A stretch of DNA of 32,000 nt from Zymomonas mobilis subsp. mobilis ATCC 10988 (lineage in GTDB: Bacteria > Pseudomonadota > Alphaproteobacteria > Sphingomonadales > Sphingomonadaceae): assembly GCF_000175255.2 (NCBI RefSeq), contig NC_017183.1, forward strand, positions 284 to 32,283, written 5' to 3'. Of the stretch, positions 9,125-18,424 are shown piece by piece. The position numbers and the translations under genes were made by a program. Under the pieces are notes generated by a model. It made no database searches. It was not told the DNA's origin and worked only from the letters and a program-made list of their open reading frames with translations. Positions within the stretch are counted from its first letter, which is position 1. Each line of letters begins with the position of its first letter.

Positions 9125-10380
9125 GCAACTTGCCACAAGGATGGATTCAAACAACATTTGCTGACATTACAAATCAGCGATCGGGTAATAGTAAGCTCGT
9201 CAAAGGGAAGCTTGAAAGCCAAGAGAGCAATGGCCTTTACCCGGCTTTCAGCGCTAGCGGTCCAGATGTCTGGCGAGATGCTTTTGAATATGAAGGCGAT
9301 GCCATCATTGTGTCCGCAGTCGGTGCGCGTTGCGGCAAGGCATTTCGCGCTAAAGGTCAGTGGAGCGCGATCGCAAACACGCACATTGTTTGGCCAGAGC
9401 CCCAAGTGGTTGAGACGGAATTTCTATTTCTACTCCTGAATGACGAAAACTTTTGGGAAAAGGGCGGATCGGCGCAGCCCTTTGTGAAGGTACGTGCTAC
9501 TTTTGAGCGAACGATCAACCTCCCCCCTCTGCCTGAACAACGGAGGATTGTGGCGAAGATCGACAGCCTCACCGGCAAATCCAGACGTGCACGCGACCAT
9601 CTCGATCACATCCCCCGCCTCGTCGAGAAATACAAACAGGCCATCCTCTCCGCCGCCTTCAGGGCCGACTGGCCGCTCATATCGGTTGGCGAAACCATCC
9701 GGGCGGTTGTGGCTGGCAAAAACCTGCGCTGCGAGGAACGCCCACCTTTCGAACACGAAAGCGGTGTCGTGAAAGTCAGCGCTGTAAGTTGGGGAACTTT
9801 CGATGCACGAGCTAGCAAAACTCTTCCTGAAAGCTTCACGCCGCCCGAGAATACACGAATTAAGGCTGGGGATTTACTCATTTCGCGTGCAAACACACTG
9901 GAGCTTGTCGGCGCGGTGGTAATCGTGTTGGAATGCCCATCAAACTTATTTCTTAGCGATAAGGTGCTGCGACTGGACGTTGAGGATGGTGACAAGCCAT
10001 GGCTGATGTGGTTCTTGCGCTCGCCTGATGGGCGTGCAGCTATAGAAGGTGCTGCGACCGGCAATCAACTCTCAATGCGCAACCTTAGTCAGGCCGCACT
10101 AAAGAGCATCTCGATGCCTTGGCCTGCCGCCGAGCAACGCGAAGAGATCGTTAGCCGCATCGAATCCGCATTTGCTTGGATCGAATGCCTCGCCGCCGAT
10201 GCTGCTAGCGCCCGCAAGCTGATCGATCACCTCGACCAGTCCATGTTGGCCAAGGCCTTCAAAGGCGAGCTGGTGCCACAAGACCCGGCCGACGAACCCG
10301 CCAGTGCCTTGCTCGATCGCATCCGGGCAGAACGTGCTGCCGCGCCAAAGGCCAAGCGTGGTCGCAGAAAGGTCGCCTGA
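9121..10380 (+). CDS. hsdS: Type I R-M specificity subunit (two TRDs)
   Basis: Translationally coupled to hsdM. Two variable regions are each followed by a conserved helical spacer (LPPLPEQRRIVAKIDSL... and PWPAAEQREEIVSRIESA...). Confidence 0.9.
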   Translation: MSNLPQGWIQTTFADITNQRSGNSKLVKGKLESQESNGLYPAFSASGPDVWRDAFEYEGDAIIVSAVGARCGKAFRAKGQWSAIANTHIVWPEPQVVETEFLFLLLNDENFWEKGGSAQPFVKVRATFERTINLPPLPEQRRIVAKIDSLTGKSRRARDHLDHIPRLVEKYKQAILSAAFRADWPLISVGETIRAVVAGKNLRCEERPPFEHESGVVKVSAVSWGTFDARASKTLPESFTPPENTRIKAGDLLISRANTLELVGAVVIVLECPSNLFLSDKVLRLDVEDGDKPWLMWFLRSPDGRAAIEGAATGNQLSMRNLSQAALKSISMPWPAAEQREEIVSRIESAFAWIECLAADAASARKLIDHLDQSMLAKAFKGELVPQDPADEPASALLDRIRAERAAAPKAKRGRRKVA

Positions 10381-10383
10381 CCC

Positions 10384-11135
10384 ATGGTCATTCCATTGAT
10401 GCTGCCTGTCTTGCTCCTTGCCGCTGTTGGCGAACAGCGCGTGGCCGATGCCGCAGAACGCATCGCCGATGAACTTGGTCTCACTCCCGATGAACGCGAA
10501 GAAATGCTGCCCAGCGGGCGGCAACGCCTGTTGCACAACCGCATCCATTGGGCAAAGTTCTATATGTCCAAAGCAGGGGCGTTTCATCGCGACCGAAGCG
10601 GGGCGGGCGCTGCTGGCATCCAATCCTGCATGCATCAGTGTGAGCGACCTCAAGGACTATGAAGGCTTCTGCGAATTTTACAGTGGACAGAAATCTTCTG
10701 ACGACGATGCCGGGTCTGTTGCCATTGCCCCGTCAGTCGAAACTGATACGCCATAGGAGCAGATTGAGACGGCCTATCAGGCTGTGCAATCGGCCCTTCG
10801 TGCGGAATTTCTGGAACGCATCGTCCAGAACAGTCCGGCCTTTTTCGAGCAACTGATCGTCGATTTACTGATCGCTATGGGATATGGCGGATCGTACAAG
10901 AATGCAGTCACCCAGCTCGGCCGTTCTGGTGATGGCGGCGTGGATGGTGTCATCAACGAAGACAGGCTGGGGCTGGATCATGTTTATGTGCAGGCCAGGA
11001 GGTCTGTGGGTCGCCCCGATGCGCAGGCGTTCGTTGGTAGTCTGGTCGGGCATGCTGCTACCAAGGGCGTTTTCGTTACCCCTCCGCCTTCAGCAATCAT
11101 GCCCAGGATTATGATAAACACCTAAGGTGGCGCTT
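10384..11135 (+). pseudogene. mrr: Mrr-family type IV restriction endonuclease, multiply disrupted and 3'-truncated
   Basis: Mrr-N-like LPSGRQRLLHNRIHWAKFYMSKAG and catalytic-domain-like DLLIAMGYGG...GDGGVDGVI...VYVQA. Extra G in the G4 run 10576-10579 (frameshift). In-frame TAG at 10754-10756. A second frameshift near 11078-11083. Homology stops near 11120 with roughly 60 C-terminal residues missing. Confidence 0.8.
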
Positions 11136-11219
11136 TTTATGCAGCCTTGCCCATTGGTAGCTTCCCTCGTTTTCCTGTTAAAATACTCCTTGTTTCTCAA
11201 AAGCTATGTCCTCTTTTTT
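11136..11219. repeat. Long-range inverted repeat, left copy (IR-L)
   Basis: Reverse-complement match to 30690-30773 with about 5 mismatches in 84 bp by hand alignment. Contains two 13-bp direct repeats 23 bp apart (11163-11175 and 11186-11198). Confidence 0.9.
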
Positions 11220-11525
11220 TCGTTCTTCGGATTGTGTTTCATCTGGCTACGAGTAGGTACTTCTTAAAAAGAGGAAATGAGGAAAATTAGACAGGAATAG
11301 TCGTGGGAAGCTGCCGGTAAAAAGGTTCAACCATGCAATTTTGTTCGAGCTGAGAAAGATCAAATATAATATAAATGACCGTATCTATAATTATAAACGG
11401 TGTATGTTAAAAAAAGCCTTGATATCATTATCTCATTTCAGCTCAACAGAAAATCATAATAAAATTTTGTAAGTAAATACTAAATTTTTAGATTATCTAT
11501 CTATATATTCTATAATTATAATTTT

Positions 11526-14500
11526 TTAAGGTCTCATTTTTCTTCTAAGCTCGGTAAACTTAGGATCAGATTTTATACATTCAATATTACTGAGCTTATC
11601 GATTAATTCTCCTATTTTATATCCATAAAATATATCCTGTATATCAGATGGGATAATGACCTGAAGTAACTTAAAAATTTCTTTCGGAAATTTGAGTATG
11701 ATTGTGTCATCCAAACGAGAAAAACAGTTAGCAATTTTCAAGCTATTTTTAATAATAGTTAATCGTGGTGAAATCAGTTGTACTATGTCCGGCATTTTAT
11801 CATCTGCCAATAGCGCGATTTCAATGAGTTCTTCAGATAAAGCTTGGGTTCGAGTTATAAGTTGACGTGGCCAGACTTTATTAAGAAATTCTATAACTTC
11901 TGTCCATTTTTGTTTTTCTTTTGCCCATATCTTGACAGAATTTATTATAGTAATGCGCCCTTTATCATCTGTTTTTATAAGAAAATCACGTAATTCTTCG
12001 TTATTAACTAGCCTGTCTCCTTCTTGATTTAATGATATCCATCCTCTAAATAGCAAGCGCATAACTATGCCATAATTTTTATGATTTTTCTGTGATACTA
12101 AATCGGTTAAAATTATTTTTAGACGAGCAAACAGATCATGGTTCCAGCTAGTATATTGACATGCTGATGAAATAAATGCCCTGGAGGATTCAGAATTAGG
12201 ATTTTGCTCTATCTGTGAAATAATATGCTCATCAGTCCATTGCTTGTCGATAGAATAGATCCGGCCTAGCTTGGTGCCAAATATTGCCATAACACAACAA
12301 AGCGCATCATTCTTTGCTGATATTAGGCAATTAGCACGTGTGTGCCATTCCTCATCTATAGTCTTATTTAAGATTTCATCAATAAGTAATACTGTCATCT
12401 TACCTATAGGAGAGTTTATCGATTTAAATAGCCAGTTTTCTTGTTTTTTATCTACAACTAGAGTTTCTGATTCTGCAAAAGAGATAAGGACAGATTTAAC
12501 TATTCGTTCCCATAATTTTAAGTAGGATTTTTTTGCATCTATAGCCAATGCCCGACCATGTTGTTCCATCCATGATGCAATAGAATCAATGCTGGTATTG
12601 AATACTTCTTCTGATAATGAGTAGATCCGTTCTACAATTAGTATCTTTAGTCTTAGTTTATCTGTACGGCGTGCTTCGTTACAGAGAAACTCTGACCAAT
12701 ATTGCCTACGGGTTTCTCCACGTTTCGCTGCATAAATTAAGGCAGCTAATGCCTTAACGGGGTATTCTTTTGATAATCCTTTAAAGGGGCGCCTTTCTAT
12801 TAAAAAGTCAGGCGATTTTCTTGAAATATCATCAGATTTTTCTAGTATTTTATCAATAGGAATTCCAAATAGTTCTGTAATATCTGTGTCTGTAGCAACA
12901 CAACCGCCGCGTGAACTTGATCTATAAGTATTATCTAGAGCATATTCCGGTGTCCATTCAGGGGTAATTTTACGCAGTTCTAGACGCTTTGTTTCTAAGT
13001 CGAAGCTGACCGTCAATTTTTCTTTTTTAAGCCATTCAAGACGGTTAAGAATCTGACAGGTTCGATATTCTTTATATTGCTGGTCATCGATACCTTTATA
13101 TCGTTTTGGACCGGATAAAATTTTATTTTCAATTTTTTCCCTTGTTTCTTCATCAAACTCGGACCATCGAGTATTAAGTGATACAAGCAAGTCATGCTGA
13201 ATTTGGATATCCCAGAACACATCATTCGATAAATTCAGAATTATGTCACTGGCCTCTTGTTGAGAGGTCAGTCCTGCTTGACCTGTTACCCAGACATATA
13301 AATTTCTAAAAATTTTATCCTCTGAATCTGGCCATTTCCTCCATTCACAGCGCGCTGCCTCTGAATTATGCTCGTATAGCTGTTTTAATTCATTTGCGTA
13401 GTGTCTAATCAAAGAAGATATATTTTCTTCCTCATTATCAGGAATGCTAGCTGGATCGTCATATTCAACGATAGGATGGAGTCTAGGATCAAAATAGCCT
13501 TGATTGTCAATCTCGAGATCTTCGGCTGATTCTAGATAGCTGCGAATTACGCGTATATAACGAACTAAGAATTTTTTCGGGATTTTCATTTCAGTAGGAT
13601 GATTTGGATAAATAACTTTTGCTGAGACGAGATCTTGATGATTTTTTGTATCATCTAGAGGTATTTTTCTTTTGCTTCCCACTGAAATGCGCGGTCGTTT
13701 TAGATTTTCAAATTCGCGCTGTAGCCAAGATGTCCAGCCTTCCTTTTTAGAAAAATAATATAGTTCCCAAAATTTTGAATTACAATTTTCATCCGATGAA
13801 TCTGACTTAGATGACAAGAGTAAATGCCATGCCTGTCTGATAGGACTTTCCATATTTCCATCTATATTGTGAGTTATATTGTTAGTAAGTTCAGAGTGTA
13901 ACCAGTTCTGGCGGCTAGCCCACCATACAGTGATATTTTGATTCACTACGCGGCCAATCCAGTACGCTAATGATTGTAGTCGTGCAGGAAGGTTGTTTCC
14001 TTTATTTCTGAGACTAATAAACAAGTTCTGTTTGTTATTAGATGTTTCTTCAAATGCTGACCATACATTGGAAGGTATTAGATGTTTTTGTGAATTGTCC
14101 TCAGGAAGAGGTCGTGGATCACTATCGAGGCAAAAGTTATTAAAGATCGCTAGGGGATCCAGTATTTCTTCAAATAAATCATGAAGATAATTTTGATTAC
14201 TATATCGAATAAAAGGATCAAAGACACATAGCCATTCCGCCGATGGGGGCGTTGCATGACCTGCAAATTTTTTCGCTCCAGAAGTTGATGACACGACATG
14301 GGCTACCTGTCCTCGTTCGTAAGGATCAAGCTCCCTAGGTTTTTTTAGTGCTTTGTCTGAAATGATAGATTTCTGCCACTCATGTGGATCATTCGCTCTC
14401 TCTCCCCACGCTTTCAGTGATTCCCACAGAGATGGGAAATCTTGATGAGAAATTGCAGTAACTCCCTTGTCCTGCCAGAGAGCGGAGGCTTCATCTTCCT

Positions 14501-15275
14501 TTCCTTGTTGAAAGGTATACAGTCCTCTTGTTTTTGTTGATCCTTTCAAACCTTCAAGCAAATATTGAATCGGAGGATCATCTGCAGAATAACCAACGAA
14601 AACAATCTTATATCTTTCTACGAGAGTCTTCATGAAAGCTGTTGCCCATCCATCAGAGAGATAGGCGCGTCCAAAGTCGGCGGATGAGAGTATAAACTCC
14701 TTTGACGCTGCGTCTGAGTAGTCAGGATTGACCATACCATGCAAATGGATAATCCCTTCCCATTCATCTCTTCTGGGATCTGGCAAATCGGGGGGTGAAA
14801 TTTCGGGGATATCTGGTGCAGCAAGCTGGAATAATCGATCAAAATTTGTTGTAATAAGCCGATGTCGTCCATTCGGCATTTTGGAAAGATTAAATAAAGA
14901 TTTATGAGGATCAAGGCCAGGATTAGAGTTTGGTTTTACTGCCTGTGAAACATCTGATCGTATATCTTCTACCGCAAATTCTTGTTCTAATAATGCAAAA
15001 ATTCTATCAGCGGGAGGTATACCTCCAACGCCGGGTGGGGTTTCTATCTTATCAGAAATTTCTAAAAGCTGTCGAGCTGGACTCGAAGCCGATGATCCAA
15101 GAGAAGAGATAACTCGTTTTGCTAGCTCAGGAAAGCTTAGCCCTCCTGCCTCTTGCATCGATATCCCAGCTCCACAGAAGAATAAAACTTCTCCTTCATC
15201 TCGCGCATAAAGAAGGTCATCTGGTATATCTGGGCCATCAGCAAAAAATCGCATTCTAGATGTTAGCCTAAACAA
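11526..15275 (-). CDS. SIR2-like (SIR2_2-type) N-terminal domain fused to ~950-aa helical C-terminal region; DSR1-like candidate defence protein
   Basis: 1249-aa uninterrupted ORF in very AT-rich DNA. The N-terminal ~250 aa carry FFCGAGIS (aa 32-39), ITTNFDRLF, IIHLHGMV and FVGYSADDPPIQYLL, the motif order of bacterial SIR2_2 NADase domains. The remainder is unrecognised and rich in L/I/K/E/W. Confidence 0.8.
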   Translation of the reverse strand: MFRLTSRMRFFADGPDIPDDLLYARDEGEVLFFCGAGISMQEAGGLSFPELAKRVISSLGSSASSPARQLLEISDKIETPPGVGGIPPADRIFALLEQEFAVEDIRSDVSQAVKPNSNPGLDPHKSLFNLSKMPNGRHRLITTNFDRLFQLAAPDIPEISPPDLPDPRRDEWEGIIHLHGMVNPDYSDAASKEFILSSADFGRAYLSDGWATAFMKTLVERYKIVFVGYSADDPPIQYLLEGLKGSTKTRGLYTFQQGKEDEASALWQDKGVTAISHQDFPSLWESLKAWGERANDPHEWQKSIISDKALKKPRELDPYERGQVAHVVSSTSGAKKFAGHATPPSAEWLCVFDPFIRYSNQNYLHDLFEEILDPLAIFNNFCLDSDPRPLPEDNSQKHLIPSNVWSAFEETSNNKQNLFISLRNKGNNLPARLQSLAYWIGRVVNQNITVWWASRQNWLHSELTNNITHNIDGNMESPIRQAWHLLLSSKSDSSDENCNSKFWELYYFSKKEGWTSWLQREFENLKRPRISVGSKRKIPLDDTKNHQDLVSAKVIYPNHPTEMKIPKKFLVRYIRVIRSYLESAEDLEIDNQGYFDPRLHPIVEYDDPASIPDNEEENISSLIRHYANELKQLYEHNSEAARCEWRKWPDSEDKIFRNLYVWVTGQAGLTSQQEASDIILNLSNDVFWDIQIQHDLLVSLNTRWSEFDEETREKIENKILSGPKRYKGIDDQQYKEYRTCQILNRLEWLKKEKLTVSFDLETKRLELRKITPEWTPEYALDNTYRSSSRGGCVATDTDITELFGIPIDKILEKSDDISRKSPDFLIERRPFKGLSKEYPVKALAALIYAAKRGETRRQYWSEFLCNEARRTDKLRLKILIVERIYSLSEEVFNTSIDSIASWMEQHGRALAIDAKKSYLKLWERIVKSVLISFAESETLVVDKKQENWLFKSINSPIGKMTVLLIDEILNKTIDEEWHTRANCLISAKNDALCCVMAIFGTKLGRIYSIDKQWTDEHIISQIEQNPNSESSRAFISSACQYTSWNHDLFARLKIILTDLVSQKNHKNYGIVMRLLFRGWISLNQEGDRLVNNEELRDFLIKTDDKGRITIINSVKIWAKEKQKWTEVIEFLNKVWPRQLITRTQALSEELIEIALLADDKMPDIVQLISPRLTIIKNSLKIANCFSRLDDTIILKFPKEIFKLLQVIIPSDIQDIFYGYKIGELIDKLSNIECIKSDPKFTELRRKMRP

Positions 15276-15883
15276 TAAGATTAAAATACATTTTAGTTTA
15301 ATATTGAATAACTAAATATTTTTAATTGCATATAGATTTATCATCGTAAATTCAGGAAGGCTGTTAACCAGTCTACAAGTTTTTATAGAAAAAAATTATA
15401 AAATTTAAGTGAGGTAGAAGATAGCAATATATCTGGTACGTCCACGAACGAAGCGTGATCTATCTGCTCTTTCTGGATTGAAGCAGTTTTCCTCCATTGC
15501 AAGCCGTATGATCTGCTGCATAGGATATAAAGCGATCTTCTGGAGTTATGGAAATAACACAAAATGGAGACATCTTCGTGTTGCAGTGGAGGTTTGTTGG
15601 TGATCGAGATGTCTCTCATGAACGCATCTGATCTATATAACTCTCTACATATTCCTGCGAAACAGTGCGATATGCTAGCCACCTGCCAACGATGAGCAGC
15701 TTATCGGTTGAGGTATCTAGCCAAAAATCCTAGGATCTAGATCAAGCAGTAGCGCGCTGTAGCCACTCGATATAAAAAATTGCGACATCATTTCTGGCTT
15801 TTATCCATTTTTTTCCAACCATTTATTCCGTTTCAATTACCATATGGCTTAACTGACGAGGCGTCATCAGATCTGTTGTTTTT

Positions 15884-15901
15884 GTATCTTATTTAAGATA
15901 C
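15884..15901. promoter_or_regulatory. Palindrome GTATCTTA-TT-TAAGATAC upstream of dinJ (candidate TA operator)
   Basis: Perfect 8-bp arms with a 2-bp spacer, ~28 bp upstream of the dinJ ATG. AGGAG RBS at 15918-15922. Confidence 0.45.
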
Positions 15902-15928
15902 AATCTCAATCAAGATAGGAGTCCTCTC

Positions 15929-16207
15929 ATGCCTACAGCAAAAACAATGATACATATTCGGGTCGCAGGTGACCTGAAAGAACAGGTAAGCACTACCCTT
16001 GCCTCTATGGGCTTATCTGTTTCCGAAGCTGTTCGTTTATTCCTACATCGTGTCGTAGCAGAACAAAAATTCCCTTTCGAACTACGTGTCCCGAATGCAG
16101 AAACCCGGCTGGCAATGTCTGAAGCTGATGAAATTATTAAAAGCCACCAAAGTCGTTTTTCTAATTCCAAAGAGTTGATCGATGGCCTTGAAGCGCACAG
16201 CAAATAG
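15929..16207 (+). CDS. dinJ: RelB/DinJ-family antitoxin
   Basis: IHIRVAGDLKEQVSTTLASMGLSVSEAVRLFLHRVVAEQKFPFEL is a typical DinJ RHH N-terminus. Overlaps the toxin gene. Confidence 0.85.
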   Translation: MPTAKTMIHIRVAGDLKEQVSTTLASMGLSVSEAVRLFLHRVVAEQKFPFELRVPNAETRLAMSEADEIIKSHQSRFSNSKELIDGLEAHSK

Positions 16208-16511
16208 TAAGCGTGCTTCTCTACCGAGATCCTCCGATTATACCAAAACCTTCCTAAAGGACTGGAAGCGCTTATCACGATCAGGACGCTACGATCTTAA
16301 TCGTCTAAAGTCAGTCATGATGCTCCTGATTGAGAATGATGAACCCTTGTCCGCTGAATGGTTAGATCATCCTTTAAAGGGTGAAATGGCCGCCTATAGG
16401 GAATGTCATATAGGGGGTGACTTCCTGCTTATTTACAGAATAGACAACAGCCGTCAGCCCGAAATGGTGATCTTCGTACGGGCGGGAACACATTCAGAAC
16501 TCCTAGAATAA
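16182..16511 (+). CDS. yafQ: YafQ/RelE-family mRNA interferase toxin
   Basis: YTKTFLKDWKRL...LIENDEPLSAEWLDHPLKGEMAAYRECHIGGDFLLIYR...FVRAGTHSELL matches the YafQ pattern (DHPL.G....R..H......LIY...GTHS.LF). The start could be ATG 16182 or TTG 16188. Confidence 0.85.
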   Translation: MALKRTANSKRASLPRSSDYTKTFLKDWKRLSRSGRYDLNRLKSVMMLLIENDEPLSAEWLDHPLKGEMAAYRECHIGGDFLLIYRIDNSRQPEMVIFVRAGTHSELLE

Positions 16512-16527
16512 AGGCTTATTTCTTAAA

Positions 16528-16589
16528 ATACGTATCGACGTATATAGCTAAATACGTATTTAAGTTAAAAAGGATTGACGTATGCACGT
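16528..16589. promoter_or_regulatory. ATACGTAT-box array, copy a (upstream of parA)
   Basis: Boxes ATACGTAT 16528-35, ACGTATAT 16538-45 and ATACGTAT 16552-59. The near-palindrome ACGTATATAGCTAAATACGT spans 16538-57. ACGTATGCACGT at 16578-89 overlaps the parA ATG. Preceded by AATAAAGGCTT at 16507. Confidence 0.7.
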
Positions 16590-17205
16590 TATTACGTTTT
16601 TAAGTCAAAAGGGCGGTAGTGGTAAGACAACCCTTTCGGTTCACACGGCTGTGGCAGCAGAGGCTGTCGGCAAGAAAGTCTGCATCATTGATGCTGATCC
16701 TCAAGAGAGTGCAACAACTTGGGGGATGTCTCGGGAAAAGCCGACACCTATCGTAGCTACGGCTCAAGCTAGTGATCTGGATGCCGCCCTTTCGGCAGCT
16801 GAGGCAGAAGGTATAGACTTGGCTATCATTGATGCACCGCCTCATGCCGCTCCTACGGCTAGTCAGATCGCCCGTCGAAGTGATTTTATTCTAGTCCCTA
16901 TTAGACCAAGCGCTTTTGACTTAGCGGCTGTGCCGGCAATTATGGATATTATTAGGGCATCGAAATCGAGAGGCGCTTTCATTCTGTCAGCCTGTCCTTT
17001 CCGTGCTCCAGAGATCGAAGAGACACGCCTTGCTTTAGAAAGCTATAATCTTCCTATTTTTCCATCCGAGATTGTTGACCGTCGCGCTTTTGCTCGCGCA
17101 GTCACCACTGGATGCGCAGTCACAGAATTTGAAAGCAATGGCAAAGCTGCTGAAGAGATCCATCATTTATGGACTTGGATTAATAATACGTTAGAACGTA
17201 TATAG
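16582..17205 (+). CDS. parA: ParA-family partition ATPase (small, type Ib-like)
   Basis: Deviant Walker A SQKGGSGKTT, IIDADPQ, IIDAPP. 207 aa. Confidence 0.9.
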   Translation: MHVITFLSQKGGSGKTTLSVHTAVAAEAVGKKVCIIDADPQESATTWGMSREKPTPIVATAQASDLDAALSAAEAEGIDLAIIDAPPHAAPTASQIARRSDFILVPIRPSAFDLAAVPAIMDIIRASKSRGAFILSACPFRAPEIEETRLALESYNLPIFPSEIVDRRAFARAVTTGCAVTEFESNGKAAEEIHHLWTWINNTLERI

Positions 17206-17221
17206 CTATATACGTATATAC
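17186..17221. promoter_or_regulatory. ATACGTAT-box array, copy b (parA/RHH gene junction)
   Basis: Perfect 20-bp palindrome ACGTATATAGCTATATACGT at 17196-17215, overlapping the parA stop. Flanking ATACGTTA. Followed by AAATAAGGGCTTTTT. Confidence 0.7.
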
Positions 17222-17241
17222 TTAAATAAGGGCTTTTTGCT

Positions 17242-17532
17242 ATGGCCAAGAAACCAACCGGACTAGCTGCTTTTTCCCGCCCTAAAGCGGTTACTCATCT
17301 TTCGACAGATGAGCCCACCTCTACCATCGAAAATCAAACAGCCTTTCCGATGCGCAAGAAAAGAGGATCAGGTGACACCGTTGCTTTAACGGTGAAAGTT
17401 CGCCGCACCGATTGGCAACGATTACGTCAGCTGGCGGATGCAGAGGGAACAACAATTCAAGCTATGGCCGAGGCAGGCTTTTCTGCTATCCTCGCCCAAC
17501 ATGGTTTAGCGTCTCTTAAGACAAGAAAGTAA
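17242..17532 (+). CDS. Putative ribbon-helix-helix partition/regulatory protein (ParG/omega-like)
   Basis: Position immediately after parA. Disordered basic N-terminus, then VALTVKVRRTDWQRLRQLADAEGTTIQAMAEAGFSAIL, a beta-strand + two-helix pattern. Confidence 0.6.
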   Translation: MAKKPTGLAAFSRPKAVTHLSTDEPTSTIENQTAFPMRKKRGSGDTVALTVKVRRTDWQRLRQLADAEGTTIQAMAEAGFSAILAQHGLASLKTRK

Positions 17533-17576
17533 ACGTATCAACGCATATAGCTAAATACGTATTGAGCTATATGCGT
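17533..17576. promoter_or_regulatory. ATACGTAT-box array, copy c (downstream of RHH gene)
   Basis: AACGTATC, ACGCATATAGCTAAATACGT (17541-60) and AGCTATATGCGT (to 17576). Followed by AAATAAAGATTTTTT. Confidence 0.7.
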
Positions 17577-17629
17577 AAATAAAGATTTTTTATATACGAG
17601 ATGTCAATATTCACAGTTCTTGTCTAACA

Positions 17630-18289
17630 TTGCGCATCTGTCTTACTCAGATGAAAAATTGGTTAGAGTCTCATCCTCGTCATATACCGATTTTTGTTAT
17701 GATCGAAGCCAAGGTACAACCTTTGCATTTAAAGCTTGCTAGTAACCCAGCTAAAACCCCAAATTTTTCAAAAATACCGCCCTTCACCGATGAAACTTAT
17801 AACGAAATCGATCAAACTATTGTGGATGTATTAGGTCGAAACAAAGTTATTATCCCCGATGATGTGAGAGGCGGCTATCCTAATTTGGAAGATGCAGTTT
17901 TTGCTGGAAATTGGCCAACACTTGGCCAAGCACGTGGAAAATTTATCTTTTTCTTAACAACAGCGACAGGCCGTGACGGCGTCGCGGCATATCTGAATGG
18001 TCATCCGGGGCTTAAAGGGCGAATGGCATTTATGGATTCCGAACCTGGAAAACCTTATGCCGCTTTTGTTCTTGAAGATAATGCCTTAACCCAGGGAAAT
18101 ATTATTCGGAATGATGTCAAAAAAGGATATATTGTCCGAACCAGAGCCGATATTGATACCTACGAAGCTAAAAAGAATGATCTAACAAGGGGGAAGGCTG
18201 CATTTGATTTTAGCGCTAAAGCGGCTGGCAACGCGGTATGTCGGAAAACCTCTGAGCACAATAAAGGTGCTCGGATTATTTCTCACTAA
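17630..18289 (+). pseudogene. Fragment of a Ca2+-dependent PI-PLC-like phospholipase C (N-terminal half missing)
   Basis: ICLTQMKNWLESHP.HIPIFVMIEAK...GYIVRTRADIDTYEAKKNDLTR resembles the middle and C-terminal part of bacterial PI-PLC-C1-type proteins (from memory). The reading frame opens only at 17579, right at array c. The C-terminal tail is aberrant. Confidence 0.55.
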
Positions 18290-18424
18290 GAAGCGAAAAA
18301 ATAAATATAGCGTTATAATATAACTTTAAATATTAAATGTGATTCCCTGTGAGAAATAATATAATGTATTTTTTAAATGTAAAAAAAGTAATTTTAAAAT
18401 AGATATTCATTTATTAAGTATTTT

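Noticed and set aside
8758-9405. 215-aa minus-strand ORF across the hsdM/hsdS junction. Similar antisense ORFs occur at 8236-8673, 9606-10064, 10099-10653, 6164-6580 and 1331-1744.
   Set aside because: These are typical long antisense frames in GC-rich coding DNA. They have Ser/Arg/Ala-rich, low-information sequences, and each is fully overlapped by a motif-supported gene.
15383-15682. 99-aa minus-strand ORF between the SIR2 gene and dinJ
   Set aside because: No motif, no RBS and odd composition. Other frames look like scrambled remnants. I left it unannotated, as possible relic DNA.
18290-18424. Retron msr/msd or other ncRNA upstream of ptuA (retron-Septu variant)
   Set aside because: No reverse transcriptase gene exists anywhere in the window. 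No inverted-repeat-bounded structured region is evident in this AT-rich spacer.
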